Counted from the first letter of the stretch, positions 1 through 10,363 are shown. The stretch: 64,000 bases of DNA from Nocardioidaceae bacterium (GCA_035699065.1 DASSBE010000194.1:34985-98984); one strand, 5' to 3'. The notes: generated by a model from the sequence alone, not told the origin. Program-made: numbers and translations.

Positions 1-10
1 CGGTGGAAGT

Positions 11-1042
11 CTACGGAACAGGTGCACAGAAGCGGAGCCGGACGTCCATTCCCGGCGGGGGTATGTCCGCCGGGTCTCCGCCGTGGTCCCGCCGCCACCC
101 CATCGCATGGGCCGTGGTCGTCAGCCGCGCCTCGGCCGCACCCAGGGCCCGCTGGCTTTCCGGGCCGGAGACGCCTGCGAGGTGGACCTCGACCGCTCCG
201 TCGGTCCTCGCCCGGACCGTCGCGGGCGGACAGGTGGCCCGGAGGGCAGCGGCCAGGTGTTCCGGACCGGCGGGATGGCCGAAACCGGGCAGCGCGCCGG
301 GATCCGGGTGTACGGCGTGGAGCACGGCCTCGCGGGCGCCGTACCCGAACATGTCGTGCGACTCCTCGCGGACCAGTGCACGCGCGCCCGGCCCGTGCTC
401 CGACGGTGCGAGGACCAGACCGGACAGGCCGCGGACGACCGCTGCGGGGGAGCGGCTCAGCTTGCCCGTCGCCAGGTCGGCCGTCCCCGCGATCTCGTCC
501 GCGACGGCCGGCGCGGTCACCGCCAGCAGGTTGCCGTAGTCGTCGCTGCGCCCCTGGTAGTCGTGCATCACCTCGAGCCCGGCCGCACCGATCGCGAGGT
601 CGGTCTGGCCGTTGCGCCAGGCCCGCCCGGAGGTGTCGGTGACGACCACGGCCACGTTGGGTCCGCCGCCGGCCGCGATCCGCTCGCGCAACGCCCGCGC
701 GGACGCATCGGGGTCCACCGGAAGCAGCACGACGGTGCCGGGCTCGGTGTTCGACGCGTCGATCCCGGCCGCGGCCATCACCAGGCCGTGGTGGGTGCGC
801 ACGATCGACGTGTCACCGCGGGTGGCGACCACGCGCTCGGTCTCGTCAGCGAGCAGGTCGGCGCGGTCGCCTCGCACCACCCGGCCCTCCGCCTTGCTGA
901 CCACCTTGCTCGTGACCACGAGGATGTCGCCGTCGTGCAGCCGGCCGGCAGAGCCGAGGACGGTCGCCAGGTCGTCTCCGGTCCGGATCTCACCGATGCC
1001 GGTCAGGGGCAGGCACGTGATCCGCCCCGGAGGGGCGGTCAT
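11..1042 (-). CDS. cofE: Coenzyme F420-0:L-glutamate ligase (CofE / N-terminal domain of FbiB), short form
   Basis: Motifs GDILVVTSKVVSKAEG, AAAGIDASN, VVVTDTSGRAWR and DEIAGTADL. The true start MTAPPGR is at 1042 and overlaps the cofD stop (ATGA); the upstream part of ORF 11..1825 is spurious. Confidence 0.92.
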   Translation of the reverse strand: MTAPPGRITCLPLTGIGEIRTGDDLATVLGSAGRLHDGDILVVTSKVVSKAEGRVVRGDRADLLADETERVVATRGDTSIVRTHHGLVMAAAGIDASNTEPGTVVLLPVDPDASARALRERIAAGGGPNVAVVVTDTSGRAWRNGQTDLAIGAAGLEVMHDYQGRSDDYGNLLAVTAPAVADEIAGTADLATGKLSRSPAAVVRGLSGLVLAPSEHGPGARALVREESHDMFGYGAREAVLHAVHPDPGALPGFGHPAGPEHLAAALRATCPPATVRARTDGAVEVHLAGVSGPESQRALGAAEARLTTTAHAMGWRRDHGGDPADIPPPGMDVRLRFCAPVP

Positions 1043-2070
1043 CGTGTCCTGGCCTCGCCCGCGAGGGCGTAGGCCTCGCGCACCATCTGTGCGGTCACGT
1101 CGGGGTCGGTCATCATCAACGGCACCGCGCGGCAGGCGATGCCCGCCGACTCCACCCGGGGCACGCCGTCCGCGTCGGAGCTGTCCACGAGCCAGCCGTC
1201 GAGGATGCCACCGGCGGACCGTGCGCCGTAGTGCTCGGCGACCGCGGCGGCGCCGGTCTGCACCCCGATCGCGGCCAGCATCTGCGCCGCCATGCCGCGC
1301 ACGTGCCGGCCCGCGACGATCGGTGACAGCCCGACCACCGGTGCGGCAGTGCCCCGGATCGCGTCCTTGATCCCGGGGACCGCAAGGATCGTGCCGATCG
1401 AGACCACCGGGTTCGACGGGGGAACGAGCACCAGGTCGGCCCCGCCGATGGCCTCGAGCACGCCCGGTGCGGGCTTCGCCCGGTCGGCACCGACCGGGAC
1501 GACCGCCCGTGCGGGAACCTGTGCCTGGAGCCGGATCCAGTACTCCTGGAAGTGGATCGCGCGCCGCCCGGACGGCTCCTCGGGGTCGTCGACGGCCACG
1601 TGTGTCTCGACCCGGTCGTCGGTCATCGGGAGCAGCCGCACGCCGGGCTGCCAGCGCTCGCAGAGCGCGGCTGTCACCGCGGACAGCGGGTACCCGGCGT
1701 CCAGCATCTGCGTGCGCACCAGGTGGGTGGCCAGGTCCCGGTCGCCCAGACCGAACCAGGTCGGTTCGACGCCGTACGCCGCGAGCTCCTGCTTCGTGTT
1801 CCAGGTCTCGCCGGTCCGTCCCCATCCGCGCTCGGCGTCGATCCCGCCGCCCAGGGTGTACATCACGGTGTCCAGATCCGGGCAGACCTTGAGCCCGTGC
1901 AGCCAGATGTCGTCGGCGGTGTTCGCCACCACGGTGACCTCGGCCGGGCGGCCGAGCTGCTCGGTCAGCCGCAGCAGGCCCTGCAGGAAGCGGGCGCCCC
2001 CGATGCCGCCGGAGAGGACCGTGATCCGGGTGGGGGAAAAGACGCTGTCCGCGTCATGGGGGTTGGTCAT
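1039..2070 (-). CDS. cofD: 2-phospho-L-lactate/phosphoenolpyruvate transferase (CofD/FbiA)
   Basis: Motifs LSGGIGGARFL, VCPDLDTVMYTL, WFGLGDRD, HFQEYW and PSNPVVSIG. TACGGT lies 7 nt before the ATG, suggesting a leaderless mRNA. Confidence 0.95.
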   Translation of the reverse strand: MTNPHDADSVFSPTRITVLSGGIGGARFLQGLLRLTEQLGRPAEVTVVANTADDIWLHGLKVCPDLDTVMYTLGGGIDAERGWGRTGETWNTKQELAAYGVEPTWFGLGDRDLATHLVRTQMLDAGYPLSAVTAALCERWQPGVRLLPMTDDRVETHVAVDDPEEPSGRRAIHFQEYWIRLQAQVPARAVVPVGADRAKPAPGVLEAIGGADLVLVPPSNPVVSIGTILAVPGIKDAIRGTAAPVVGLSPIVAGRHVRGMAAQMLAAIGVQTGAAAVAEHYGARSAGGILDGWLVDSSDADGVPRVESAGIACRAVPLMMTDPDVTAQMVREAYALAGEARTR

Positions 2071-2138
2071 GGCGTCAACCGTAATGACCCAGTTGGGTCA
2101 ACTTTCGTGGCGTGTCGGGGCATATAGCAGATCCGGGG

Positions 2139-2168
2139 TTGACTTCGGCGGTGCGACAGGCATGTAAT
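2139..2168 (+). promoter_or_regulatory. Housekeeping-sigma-type promoter of whiB
   Basis: TTGACT (2139-2144), N18, TGTAAT (2163-2168) in an AT-richer intergenic region. Confidence 0.65.
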
Positions 2169-2296
2169 TCCAACAGTGTTATTCATTTCGGTCACATCGC
2201 GACATGGATGCCACTAACGTCAGGGACAGAGCCCATCCACTGGGCATCATCATTGGGGATCCGCAAGGATCTCACGGGTCGAAGGGGCGGAATGCC

Positions 2297-2551
2297 GTGC
2301 GAGAGCTTTATCTGCTCGACGGAGACGCCGAGGAGCTTGGTTGGCAGGAGCGCGCCCTGTGCGCGCAGACCGATCCCGAGGCGTTCTTTCCGGAGAAGGG
2401 CGGCTCCACGCGAGAAGCCAAGCGTGTGTGCCTGACCTGCGACGTGCGGAACGAGTGCCTGGAGTACGCACTCCAGCACGACGAGAGGTTCGGCATCTGG
2501 GGCGGCCTCTCCGAGCGGGAGCGCCGCAAGCTGAAGAAGCGAGCCGTCTGA
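2297..2551 (+). CDS. whiB: WhiB (WhiB2/WhmD orthologue) Fe-S transcription regulator
   Basis: WQERALCAQTDPEAFFPEKGGSTREAK, four Cys and GIWGGLSERERR. GTG start follows AAGGGG. Canonical position next to cofD. Confidence 0.95.
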   Translation: MRELYLLDGDAEELGWQERALCAQTDPEAFFPEKGGSTREAKRVCLTCDVRNECLEYALQHDERFGIWGGLSERERRKLKKRAV

Positions 2552-2596
2552 GGCGGCAGCCCGTGTGCTGAGGGCGGCTGGTTAGGGTGGTGCGCC

Positions 2597-5419
2597 GTGA
2601 CAGTAACCGCCCTTCTCGTCAGCCATGACGGCGCGCGCTGGTTGCCCGCCGTGCTGGACGGGCTGAAGGCGCAGACCAGGGCGCCGGACCGGGTCGTCGC
2701 CGTCGACACCGGCAGCACCGACGCCTCGCACGGACTCCTGGTCGACCGGCTCGGGTCGGAGGCGGTCGTGCCGGCCGCTCCGGCTACCGGTTTCGGCGCT
2801 GCCGTGCAAGCCGGGCTGGACCACGCCGGGTCCGGCGCCACCGACTGGGTCTGGTTGCTGCACGACGACAGCGCACCGGCGCCCGACGCGTTGGAGGTCC
2901 TGCTCTCCGCCGCCGCACAGACCCCGTCCGCCTCGGTGCTCGGCCCCAAGCTGCGCGAGTGGCCGTCGCTCCGCCGCCTTCTCGAGGTGGGTGTCACCAT
3001 CAGCGGGACGGGCCGCCGCGAGACGGGCCTCGAACGAGGCGAGTACGACCAGGGCCAGCACGACCGGTCCCGTGACGTGCTGGCGGTGAACACCGCCGGC
3101 ATGCTCGTGCGGCGCGAGGTGCTCGACGAGCTCGGCGGGTTCGACCCCAGGCTGCCGGTGTTCGGCAACGACCTCGACTTCGGCTGGCGGGCCGCGCGGG
3201 CCGGGCACCGCACGATCACGGTGCCTGGCTCCGTGGTGTTTCATGTCGAGGCGGCGCACCGGGGAGTACGTCGCACACCGCTCACCGGCCAGGTGCGCCG
3301 CGCGGAGCGGCGCGCCATGCTCTACACCCTGCTCGCCAACGGGGCGCTCTGGGCGCTGCCGTTCCTCGTGGTCCGGCTCCTCCTCGGCAGCCTGGTCCGG
3401 GCACTCGGGCTGTTGCTGGTGCGATCGCCGCGGGAGGCGTACGACGAGCTGGTCGCCCTCGTCACGACCTACCTGCGACCCGACCGGATCGTCGCGGCCC
3501 GGATCGAGCGTCGCCGCACCGCCACCGTCCCGCCACGGGAGGTGCGCCGCCTGCTCGCGCCGCCCTGGCTGCCCTACCGCCACGGGCTCGACTTCGTCAC
3601 CGACGTCGGCACCGCCGTCGCCCAGCAGGCCGGCGAGGTCTCCTCGGCACGACGCTCGAGGCGCGTAGACGCGACGGAGACCGGCCCGGTTCCGGTCGAG
3701 GCGGAGAACCTGCCGGCGGACACCGGCCTGTTCTCCCGGCTGCTCACCAGCCCCACCGCCGCGGTCTTCGTCGCACTCGTCGTGCTGGCTGTCGTCGGCA
3801 TGCGAGGCCTGCTGGGCTCGGGAGCCCTGTCCGGGGGAGCGCTGCTCCGCGCGCCGGACACCGCGATCGCCTGGTGGGACCTCTACCTGGAGTCGTGGCA
3901 CGACGTGGGGGTCGGTTCGGGGATGCCGGCGGCGCCGTACGTCCTGCCCCTGGCCGCGGCGGGCAGCCTCCTGCTCGGGAAGGCCTGGCTGCTCCTCGAC
4001 GTGCTCTTCCTGCTCGCGGTCCCGGTGGCGGCGTTCGGCGGCTATCGCTTTCTGCTGCGCGCCACCGGCGCCCGGTTCCCGGCCCTGTGGGGAGCGGTTG
4101 CCTACGGGCTGTTCCCGGTCCTGTCCGGTGCGGTGAACCAGGGCCGGCTCGGCACGGTCGCCGCGGCCTTGCTGCTGCCCTGGCTGGCGCACTCGGCGCT
4201 GTTCCTGGCACCGACGCACTCGGCGGACCGGCGCCGGCGCGCGGCGTGGCGCACCGCCCTCTGGCTTGCGCTGCTGGCGGCCTTCGCTCCGCTGGCCTGG
4301 CCGCTCGCGGTCGCGGTCGCGTGCGTGGCCGTCCTCGCCGGTCTGGTCCTCGACCGTGCGCACTGGTCCGCCCCGGGGGTGTGGGGCCCGGTTGCGATCC
4401 CGCTGCTGGCGGTCCCGGTGCTGCTGCTGCCGTGGTCGTTGTTCACGCCTGGCCGGCGGGGCCTGATCGCGTGGCTGTCCGAGGCGGGACTGCCGGCGAA
4501 GGACCTGCTCGGTCAGGTCGGCGCCTGGGACGTGGTGCTCGGGCGTGCGGCGGAGGTCGGCTCCGCGCCGGGCTGGATCAGCGCCGGCGTCATCGTGGCA
4601 GCGGTGGCCGCCCTGCTCCGGCGGGACACTCGCGGCCGGGTGCTTCCGGCCTGGCTGGTGCTCGTCCTCGGGCTGGTCGCGGTGGCGCTTCTCGCACGAT
4701 CCGGTGAGCCGGTGTGGCTCGGCTTCCCGATGCTGGTGGTGCAGGCGGCAGCCGTGTGCGCGGCCACGTTCGCGGCCACCGGGATCTCGGCACTGATCTC
4801 CGGGAGCAGCTTCGGGTGGCGGCAGCCGGTCGGCCTGCTCGTCGTGGCGGTCGCGGTGCTGTCGCCGGTTGTCGGTCTCGGCTGGTGGGTGGCGACCGGT
4901 GTGCCCGGACCGTTGGACCGCCGGCCGGTGACCACGGTGCCGCCCTACATGACCGACGCCGCGAGGCTCGACCCGGACCACGGAGTGCTGGTGATCCGCG
5001 GTGACCGCAGGTCCGGCCTGGAGTACACGGTGCTGCGCGGCGACGGGCAGCGCACCGGCGACGACACCGTGACGCCCCCTGCGGCGGACCAGCGTGGGCT
5101 GACCGACCTCGTCACGGCGCTGGCCACCTCGCCGGAGTCCGGCGACATCGACAGGCTCGGCCGGTACGGCATCGCGTTCGTCTACGCGCCCGCGCGCGCC
5201 GACGTGGTGCTTGCCGGCAACCTCGACAGCGCGAGCGGACTGAGCCCGGCCAGCGCGGTGCGGCGCGGCGCGCGGGCCTGGCAGCTGGAGGCGACGCCGT
5301 CCGACGCCGCCCTGGCTCACCCCGACAGCTCGGTCCGCCCGTGGCTGCTGGCGGTGCAGCTGATCGCGCTGCTGGTGACGGCGGTCCTTGCCGCCCCGAC
5401 CCGCAGGGTGCGCCGGTGA
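2597..5419 (+). CDS. Family 2 glycosyltransferase fused to a large multi-TM domain
   Basis: N-terminal GT-A motifs (VDTGSTD, WLLHDD, NDLDFGWR) followed by about 600 aa with many hydrophobic helices. Confidence 0.88.
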   Translation: MTVTALLVSHDGARWLPAVLDGLKAQTRAPDRVVAVDTGSTDASHGLLVDRLGSEAVVPAAPATGFGAAVQAGLDHAGSGATDWVWLLHDDSAPAPDALEVLLSAAAQTPSASVLGPKLREWPSLRRLLEVGVTISGTGRRETGLERGEYDQGQHDRSRDVLAVNTAGMLVRREVLDELGGFDPRLPVFGNDLDFGWRAARAGHRTITVPGSVVFHVEAAHRGVRRTPLTGQVRRAERRAMLYTLLANGALWALPFLVVRLLLGSLVRALGLLLVRSPREAYDELVALVTTYLRPDRIVAARIERRRTATVPPREVRRLLAPPWLPYRHGLDFVTDVGTAVAQQAGEVSSARRSRRVDATETGPVPVEAENLPADTGLFSRLLTSPTAAVFVALVVLAVVGMRGLLGSGALSGGALLRAPDTAIAWWDLYLESWHDVGVGSGMPAAPYVLPLAAAGSLLLGKAWLLLDVLFLLAVPVAAFGGYRFLLRATGARFPALWGAVAYGLFPVLSGAVNQGRLGTVAAALLLPWLAHSALFLAPTHSADRRRRAAWRTALWLALLAAFAPLAWPLAVAVACVAVLAGLVLDRAHWSAPGVWGPVAIPLLAVPVLLLPWSLFTPGRRGLIAWLSEAGLPAKDLLGQVGAWDVVLGRAAEVGSAPGWISAGVIVAAVAALLRRDTRGRVLPAWLVLVLGLVAVALLARSGEPVWLGFPMLVVQAAAVCAATFAATGISALISGSSFGWRQPVGLLVVAVAVLSPVVGLGWWVATGVPGPLDRRPVTTVPPYMTDAARLDPDHGVLVIRGDRRSGLEYTVLRGDGQRTGDDTVTPPAADQRGLTDLVTALATSPESGDIDRLGRYGIAFVYAPARADVVLAGNLDSASGLSPASAVRRGARAWQLEATPSDAALAHPDSSVRPWLLAVQLIALLVTAVLAAPTRRVRR

Positions 5420-6852
5420 GCGCGCCACGTGCCGGCCGCCGGATGGCGACGGCGCGGCCACCGCGGTTCGACGCCGGCGTGGTCCTGGCGGTCGTGCTGG
5501 CGGTGCTCGCCGTGGCCGCGGTCCTGGTGGCGAGCTCCGGCCGCGCACCGGACCAGCACGCCGCGCAGGCCTCCGGCGTGCCGGTCGACCACGCCCTGCA
5601 CGGCTGCCCGCGGTTCGCCGCGCCCCGAGGCACGTCGACCACCGCCGTGACCGGTGCAGCTCCGGTGCCGGGCCTCGGTGAGCGCGGCAGCGTGCGATAC
5701 GGCGCACCCGGTGACGCGCCGTCCTCGTGGACCGAGGCCGACCTCGGACGTGGAGAGCTGCTCAGGATCGAGGCCGGGGCCGGAGATCCGCAGGCGCTGG
5801 CCGTCGAGGCGACCGGTCGGCTCGCCGCCGGACTGTTCACCTTCGAGGTCGACGCGGCGGACTCGAGCACCGCGGTCACCGACTGCCCGTCCCCGCGCGC
5901 ACAGTGGTGGTTCACCGGTGCCGGCGCCACCCTCGACCACACCTCCGAGCTGGTGCTCACCAACCTGGACACCGGCCCAGCGGTCGTGGACGTGCAGGTG
6001 CTCGGCCCCGACGGCGAGGTGGAGACCGTCGGAACCCGCGGGATCACCGTCGCTCCCGGTGAGCGCAGCACCCTGTCGCTGACCGACGTCGCACCGCAGG
6101 GCGAGGAGCTCGCCGTGAGCGTGGTGGCCTCCCGCGGCCGGGTGGTGGCGGCCGTGTCCGACTCGTTCACGCCCGGGACCGCGGCCGCCACCGGTACCGA
6201 TTGGATACCGGCGCAGTCGTCGCCGAGCCGGGTGCTGCGCCTGGCCGGACTGCCGGCGAAAGCGGACAGCCACACGCTGATCGTCGCGAACCCGTCGCAG
6301 CTCGAGGCGCTCGTCGACGTGCGGGTCTCCTCCGGGACGGGCTCGTTCACACCGACCGACGACGCGCAGGTCCGGGTGCCACCCGGAACCGTCGTCGCCA
6401 CCGACCTGAGCGGAACCATCGGCCGGGACGCCTCGGCGGTGACCCTGCGCTCGACGGTCCCGGTGACCGGCAGCGTGCGCTCCGTCGCCGCCGGCGACAC
6501 CTCCTACGCCGGGAGCGTGCGCCCGTTGACTGCGCCGGCGGTGGCGCCCGTTCCCGGGGGCGCGAGGGCAACGGTCCAGGTGACCGCCGTCGCCACCGAC
6601 GAACCGGCTACCGCGACGGTCGCCTCCTACGCACGCGACGGCAGCCGCACCGGCAGCACCACGGTCGAGGTGCCGGGCGGCGCGACGCTCACCACGTCAC
6701 CGGAGAAGAAGGCCGACTATGTCGTGGTCACGGCGCGGGGCGGGCGGCTGGTCGGCGCGGTGACGTACCGCGGCGAGGGTCTGGCCGCGATGCCGCTGCG
6801 GCCGCTGGCGCTGCGTGTCGACGAGCCCGTGGTGCTTCCCGCCCTGGGCTAG
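5416..6852 (+). CDS. Membrane-anchored extracellular protein, DUF5719-like
   Basis: GTG start overlaps the GT2 stop (GTGA). One N-terminal TM helix, then two beta-rich repeats (WWFTGAG..LVLTN; LIVANP). Confidence 0.75.
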   Translation: MSAPRAGRRMATARPPRFDAGVVLAVVLAVLAVAAVLVASSGRAPDQHAAQASGVPVDHALHGCPRFAAPRGTSTTAVTGAAPVPGLGERGSVRYGAPGDAPSSWTEADLGRGELLRIEAGAGDPQALAVEATGRLAAGLFTFEVDAADSSTAVTDCPSPRAQWWFTGAGATLDHTSELVLTNLDTGPAVVDVQVLGPDGEVETVGTRGITVAPGERSTLSLTDVAPQGEELAVSVVASRGRVVAAVSDSFTPGTAAATGTDWIPAQSSPSRVLRLAGLPAKADSHTLIVANPSQLEALVDVRVSSGTGSFTPTDDAQVRVPPGTVVATDLSGTIGRDASAVTLRSTVPVTGSVRSVAAGDTSYAGSVRPLTAPAVAPVPGGARATVQVTAVATDEPATATVASYARDGSRTGSTTVEVPGGATLTTSPEKKADYVVVTARGGRLVGAVTYRGEGLAAMPLRPLALRVDEPVVLPALG

Positions 6853-7307
6853 CCGGCGTCGTACCGGGGGTCGATCTCCCCGGGTGGCCGGCCGAGCAGC
6901 TCCGAGACCTGCTCCACGAGCACGGTGAGAACCATCGCGGAGAGATCCGCCCGGGTCTCGCAGCGCAGCTCGATCGGCCGCCGGAACAGCACCAGCCGGG
7001 TCGGCGTACCGCCCGACCCGCGCACCAGGGACGCGAGCGGAACCGTGGCCGCGTCCCAGTCGTCGGGCACCATCGGGGTCTCCTCGACCGCGAACTCGAT
7101 CAGCCCGAGCTCGCGGTGCCACCTCTCCTCGAGGCGGTGCACCACGGCGAGCACGATGGCGTCGAACTGCTCGCCGCGAGTGCGCATCCCGGGCACGCCG
7201 TCGGGCGTGTGCGGGCCCGGGAGCACGGCCGGGCCCCGCATGCCGCGGTCGCGCCGGTCGCGGTTCTTCCGGGCTCGGCGGCCCGGAGGCGTACTCGGGA
7301 CAGTCAC
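6849..7307 (-). CDS. Zincin-like metallopeptidase family protein
   Basis: RRDRGMRGP, FAVEETP, LFRRPIELR and VLVEQVSELLG..IDPRY, typical of this actinobacterial family. No intact HExxH. TAGGCT lies 7 nt upstream. Confidence 0.8.
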   Translation of the reverse strand: MTVPSTPPGRRARKNRDRRDRGMRGPAVLPGPHTPDGVPGMRTRGEQFDAIVLAVVHRLEERWHRELGLIEFAVEETPMVPDDWDAATVPLASLVRGSGGTPTRLVLFRRPIELRCETRADLSAMVLTVLVEQVSELLGRPPGEIDPRYDAG

Positions 7308-7357
7308 GACCGCGAGCCTAGTCGGCGGTGACCGTGGCAGGCGGTACCGTCTGCCTC

Positions 7358-7738
7358 GTGAGTTCTGCCCGTCGCTGTTCGCGAACCGCCTGCGCGCGGT
7401 CGGCAGTGGCCACCCTGACCTACGTCTACTCCGACCAGACGGCGGTCCTGGGGCCGCTGGCCACGTTTGCCGAGCCCCATGCCTACGACCTGTGCGAGGC
7501 GCACAGCGAGCGACTCAGCGCACCCCGCGGCTGGGAGATCCTCCGGCTCGCACCCGACCCCGATGCGCTCGGCCCCTCCAGCGACGACCTGCTCGCGCTG
7601 GCCGACGCGGTTCGCGAGGCGGCCCGGCCGCTTCCGCCCGCCGAGGGCCATGGTCAGGCGGTCGGCCTGGTGCAGGAGACCGGTCGCGAGGTCGGCCGCC
7701 GCGGCCACCTGCGGGTGCTCCGTTCCCCGGACAGCTGA
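7358..7738 (+). CDS. DUF3499 family protein
   Basis: RCSRTAC..AVATLTYVYSDQTAVLGPL, YDLCEAH, DDLLALADAVREA and RRGHLRVL. Confidence 0.88.
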   Translation: MSSARRCSRTACARSAVATLTYVYSDQTAVLGPLATFAEPHAYDLCEAHSERLSAPRGWEILRLAPDPDALGPSSDDLLALADAVREAARPLPPAEGHGQAVGLVQETGREVGRRGHLRVLRSPDS

Positions 7739-7767
7739 GCGGTTCCCCGGGCGATAGTCTCGGGCCC

Positions 7768-9150
7768 ATGTCCTCGACCCAGCGGCAGCCGGGCCTCACC
7801 GCACTGTCCGAGATCTTCAAGGCGTACGACGTGCGCGGCCTCGTGCCCGGCCAGGTCGACGCCGCGCTCGCCGAGGCGGTCGGGGTGGCGTTCGTGCGGG
7901 TGACCGGAGCCGGCGGCGGGTCAGTCGTGGTGGGCCACGACATGCGCCCGTCGTCACCGGGACTGGCGCGTGCCTTCGCCGCGGGAGCGGCCTCCGCCGG
8001 AGCCGACGTGGTGATGATCGGGCTGGCCTCCACCGACGAGCTCTACTTCGCCTCCGGCCGGCTGGACCTGCCCGGCGCGATGTTCACCGCGAGCCACAAC
8101 CCGGCGCGGTACAACGGGATCAAGATGTGTCGCGCCCGCGCCGTGCCGATCGGGATGGACACCGGCCTCGCCGAGATCCGGGACCTTGTCGCCGCTGGAG
8201 CCACGGGAAGCTCGCACCGGCCGGGTGCGATCACCCACGTCGACGTGCTCGACGAGTATGCCGACCACCTGCTGTCGCTCGTCCCGGTGACCGGGCGCCG
8301 GCTCACTGTGGCGGTCGACGCCGGCAACGGGATGGCCGGGCACACCGCACCGGCGGTCTTCGACCGCCTCGACGTCGACCTGGTGCCGATGTACTTCGAG
8401 CTCGACGGGACCTTCCCGAACCACGAGGCGAACCCGATCGACGAGCAGAACCTCCGCGACCTGCAGGCCCGGGTGCTCGAGGCGGGCGCGGACATCGGCC
8501 TGGCCTTCGACGGCGACGCGGACCGCTGCTTCCTGGTCGATGAGCGGGGGCGGACCGTGAACCCCTCGCTGCTGACCGGGCTGATCGCCGCGCGCGAGCT
8601 GCGCAAGGAGCCCGGCGCCACGGTCATCCACAACCTGATCACCTCACGTGCGGTCCCCGAGATCGTCAAGGAGCTCGGCGGCATCCCGGTCCGTACCCGC
8701 GTCGGACACTCCTTCATCAAGGCCACGATGGCCGAGACGAACGCGATCTTCGGCGGCGAGCACTCCGGCCACTTCTACTTCCGAGACTTCTGGCGGGCCG
8801 ACTCAGGGATGCTCGCCGCGCTGCACGCCCTCGCCGCCCTCGCGGAGACCGACCAGCCGCTCTCGGCGCTGCTGGCGGAGTACTCCCGGTTCGCGAGCAG
8901 CGGCGAGATCAACTCCACGGTCGCGGACCAGGCGGCGGTGCTGCGCGAGATCGAGGCGCAGTACGCCGGCAGGCACCAGGTCGCCGTGGACCACCTGGAC
9001 GGGCTCACGGTGAGCCACGACGACTGGTGGTTCAATGTCCGCGCGTCCAACACCGAACCACTGCTCCGGCTCAACGCCGAGGGCGTCGACGAGGCAACCA
9101 TGGCGCACGTCCGCGACGACGTGCTCGCCACGATCAGGAGAGACTCATGA
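7768..9150 (+). CDS. manB: Phosphomannomutase/phosphoglucomutase
   Basis: [14 protein letters not shown] (phospho-Ser), FDGDADR, GGEHSGH and RASNTEP. Confidence 0.95.
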   Translation: MSSTQRQPGLTALSEIFKAYDVRGLVPGQVDAALAEAVGVAFVRVTGAGGGSVVVGHDMRPSSPGLARAFAAGAASAGADVVMIGLASTDELYFASGRLDLPGAMFTASHNPARYNGIKMCRARAVPIGMDTGLAEIRDLVAAGATGSSHRPGAITHVDVLDEYADHLLSLVPVTGRRLTVAVDAGNGMAGHTAPAVFDRLDVDLVPMYFELDGTFPNHEANPIDEQNLRDLQARVLEAGADIGLAFDGDADRCFLVDERGRTVNPSLLTGLIAARELRKEPGATVIHNLITSRAVPEIVKELGGIPVRTRVGHSFIKATMAETNAIFGGEHSGHFYFRDFWRADSGMLAALHALAALAETDQPLSALLAEYSRFASSGEINSTVADQAAVLREIEAQYAGRHQVAVDHLDGLTVSHDDWWFNVRASNTEPLLRLNAEGVDEATMAHVRDDVLATIRRDS

Positions 9151-9323
9151 ACCTCGACCCCGCACTCCTCGAGATCATCGTCTGCCCGGCCTGCCACGGG
9201 GCCCTGGCCGTCGACGACACAGCGAGCGAGCTAGTCTGCACCGCGTGCGGGCTCGCCTACCCGGTGCGAGACGACATCCCGGTGCTGCTGGTCGACGAGG
9301 CGCGCACCCCCGAAGAAGCCTGA
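9147..9323 (+). CDS. Trm112-like small Zn-ribbon protein
   Basis: [27 protein letters not shown]; ATGA overlap with manB. Confidence 0.9.
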   Translation: MNLDPALLEIIVCPACHGALAVDDTASELVCTACGLAYPVRDDIPVLLVDEARTPEEA

Positions 9324-10363
9324 TGGCCGGCCCCTTCGACGACACCCGCCTCGACGACGAACAGGCGCTCCTCAGCGCCGACCATGTGCTCAGGCCGCTG
9401 GCCGAGGCGGGTGCCCGGGTGCGCCGGGAGGCGGGAGCGGCCGAGGAGGCCATCGCCCGGGCGGTGTCCGCGGCGGCCGGCGACCAACGTCCCCGTGCCG
9501 TGGTCGCAGCGGGACCGGACTCGCGGCTGCTCCGCGCCGTGCTCGAGCCGTGGTGCCCGGTGCCGTTCGTGGCCTGGCCCGGACCGAGCCTGCCCGGCTG
9601 GGCCGGTTCGCTGGACCTCGTCGTGGTGCTCGCGCCGGTCGGTAGCGACACCGGAACCGCTTCGGCGGTCGCGGAGGCGGTCCGCCGCGGGTGCACGCTG
9701 GTCGTCGCCTGCCCACCGCGTTCCGTCGTCGCCGAGCACGCGGCCGGACGACACTCCACCGTGCTCCCCACCGCGTCCGGGGACCAGCTCGCCACGGCCG
9801 TGGTGATGCTGGAGTTCCTCGACCGACTCGACCTCGGCCCGGACACCGACGCGGAGGAGGTGGCCACCGCGCTGGACCGGGTAGCGATCGAATGCTCGCC
9901 GTTCAAGGACCTCTCGGTGAACCCGGCCAAGATGCTGGCGATCGCGCTCGCGGACACGGTGCCGCTGGTCTGGGGCGGCTCCGTTCTCGCCGCCCGTGCT
10001 GCACGGCGGGTGGCGGAGTCGTTCCGACGCTCGAGTGGCCGGGCCGCCCTGGCCGCCGACGCGGAGCACCTGCTGCCGGTGATCACCGCCGCGCGCACCC
10101 GGGACGTGTTCGCCGACCCCTTCTCCGACGCCGACGACGGTGACCTGCGACCTGCGCTGGTGATCCTCGACGACGGCTCGGCCGACGCGTCGGTGCGTGA
10201 GCAGCGCGGCCGCCTCACCGTCGCCGCGACGCAGCACGGGGTCCGGGTGGAGACGGTCACCGCGGATGCCGGCGACGAGGTCGCCCGCTACGCGTCGCTC
10301 CTGGCCACCGGCACCTACGCGGCGGCCTATCTGGGCGTGGGGCTCGACCACGCCGCACGTTAG
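9323..10363 (+). CDS. SIS-domain protein (bifunctional PGI/PMI-like, TobH-like)
   Basis: LAEAGARVR, LPGWAGSLDLVVV and NPAKMLA..PLVWG; TGATG coupling to the previous gene. Confidence 0.8.
   Translation: MAGPFDDTRLDDEQALLSADHVLRPLAEAGARVRREAGAAEEAIARAVSAAAGDQRPRAVVAAGPDSRLLRAVLEPWCPVPFVAWPGPSLPGWAGSLDLVVVLAPVGSDTGTASAVAEAVRRGCTLVVACPPRSVVAEHAAGRHSTVLPTASGDQLATAVVMLEFLDRLDLGPDTDAEEVATALDRVAIECSPFKDLSVNPAKMLAIALADTVPLVWGGSVLAARAARRVAESFRRSSGRAALAADAEHLLPVITAARTRDVFADPFSDADDGDLRPALVILDDGSADASVREQRGRLTVAATQHGVRVETVTADAGDEVARYASLLATGTYAAAYLGVGLDHAAR

Noticed and set aside
2582-5707. Very long antisense or alternate-frame ORFs (e.g. 1041 aa here, 21534-24344, 10914-13514, 39365-41566)
   Set aside because: They are shadows of real genes in high-GC DNA with few stop codons; the translations are low-complexity or mirror the sense-strand codon bias and show no family motifs.
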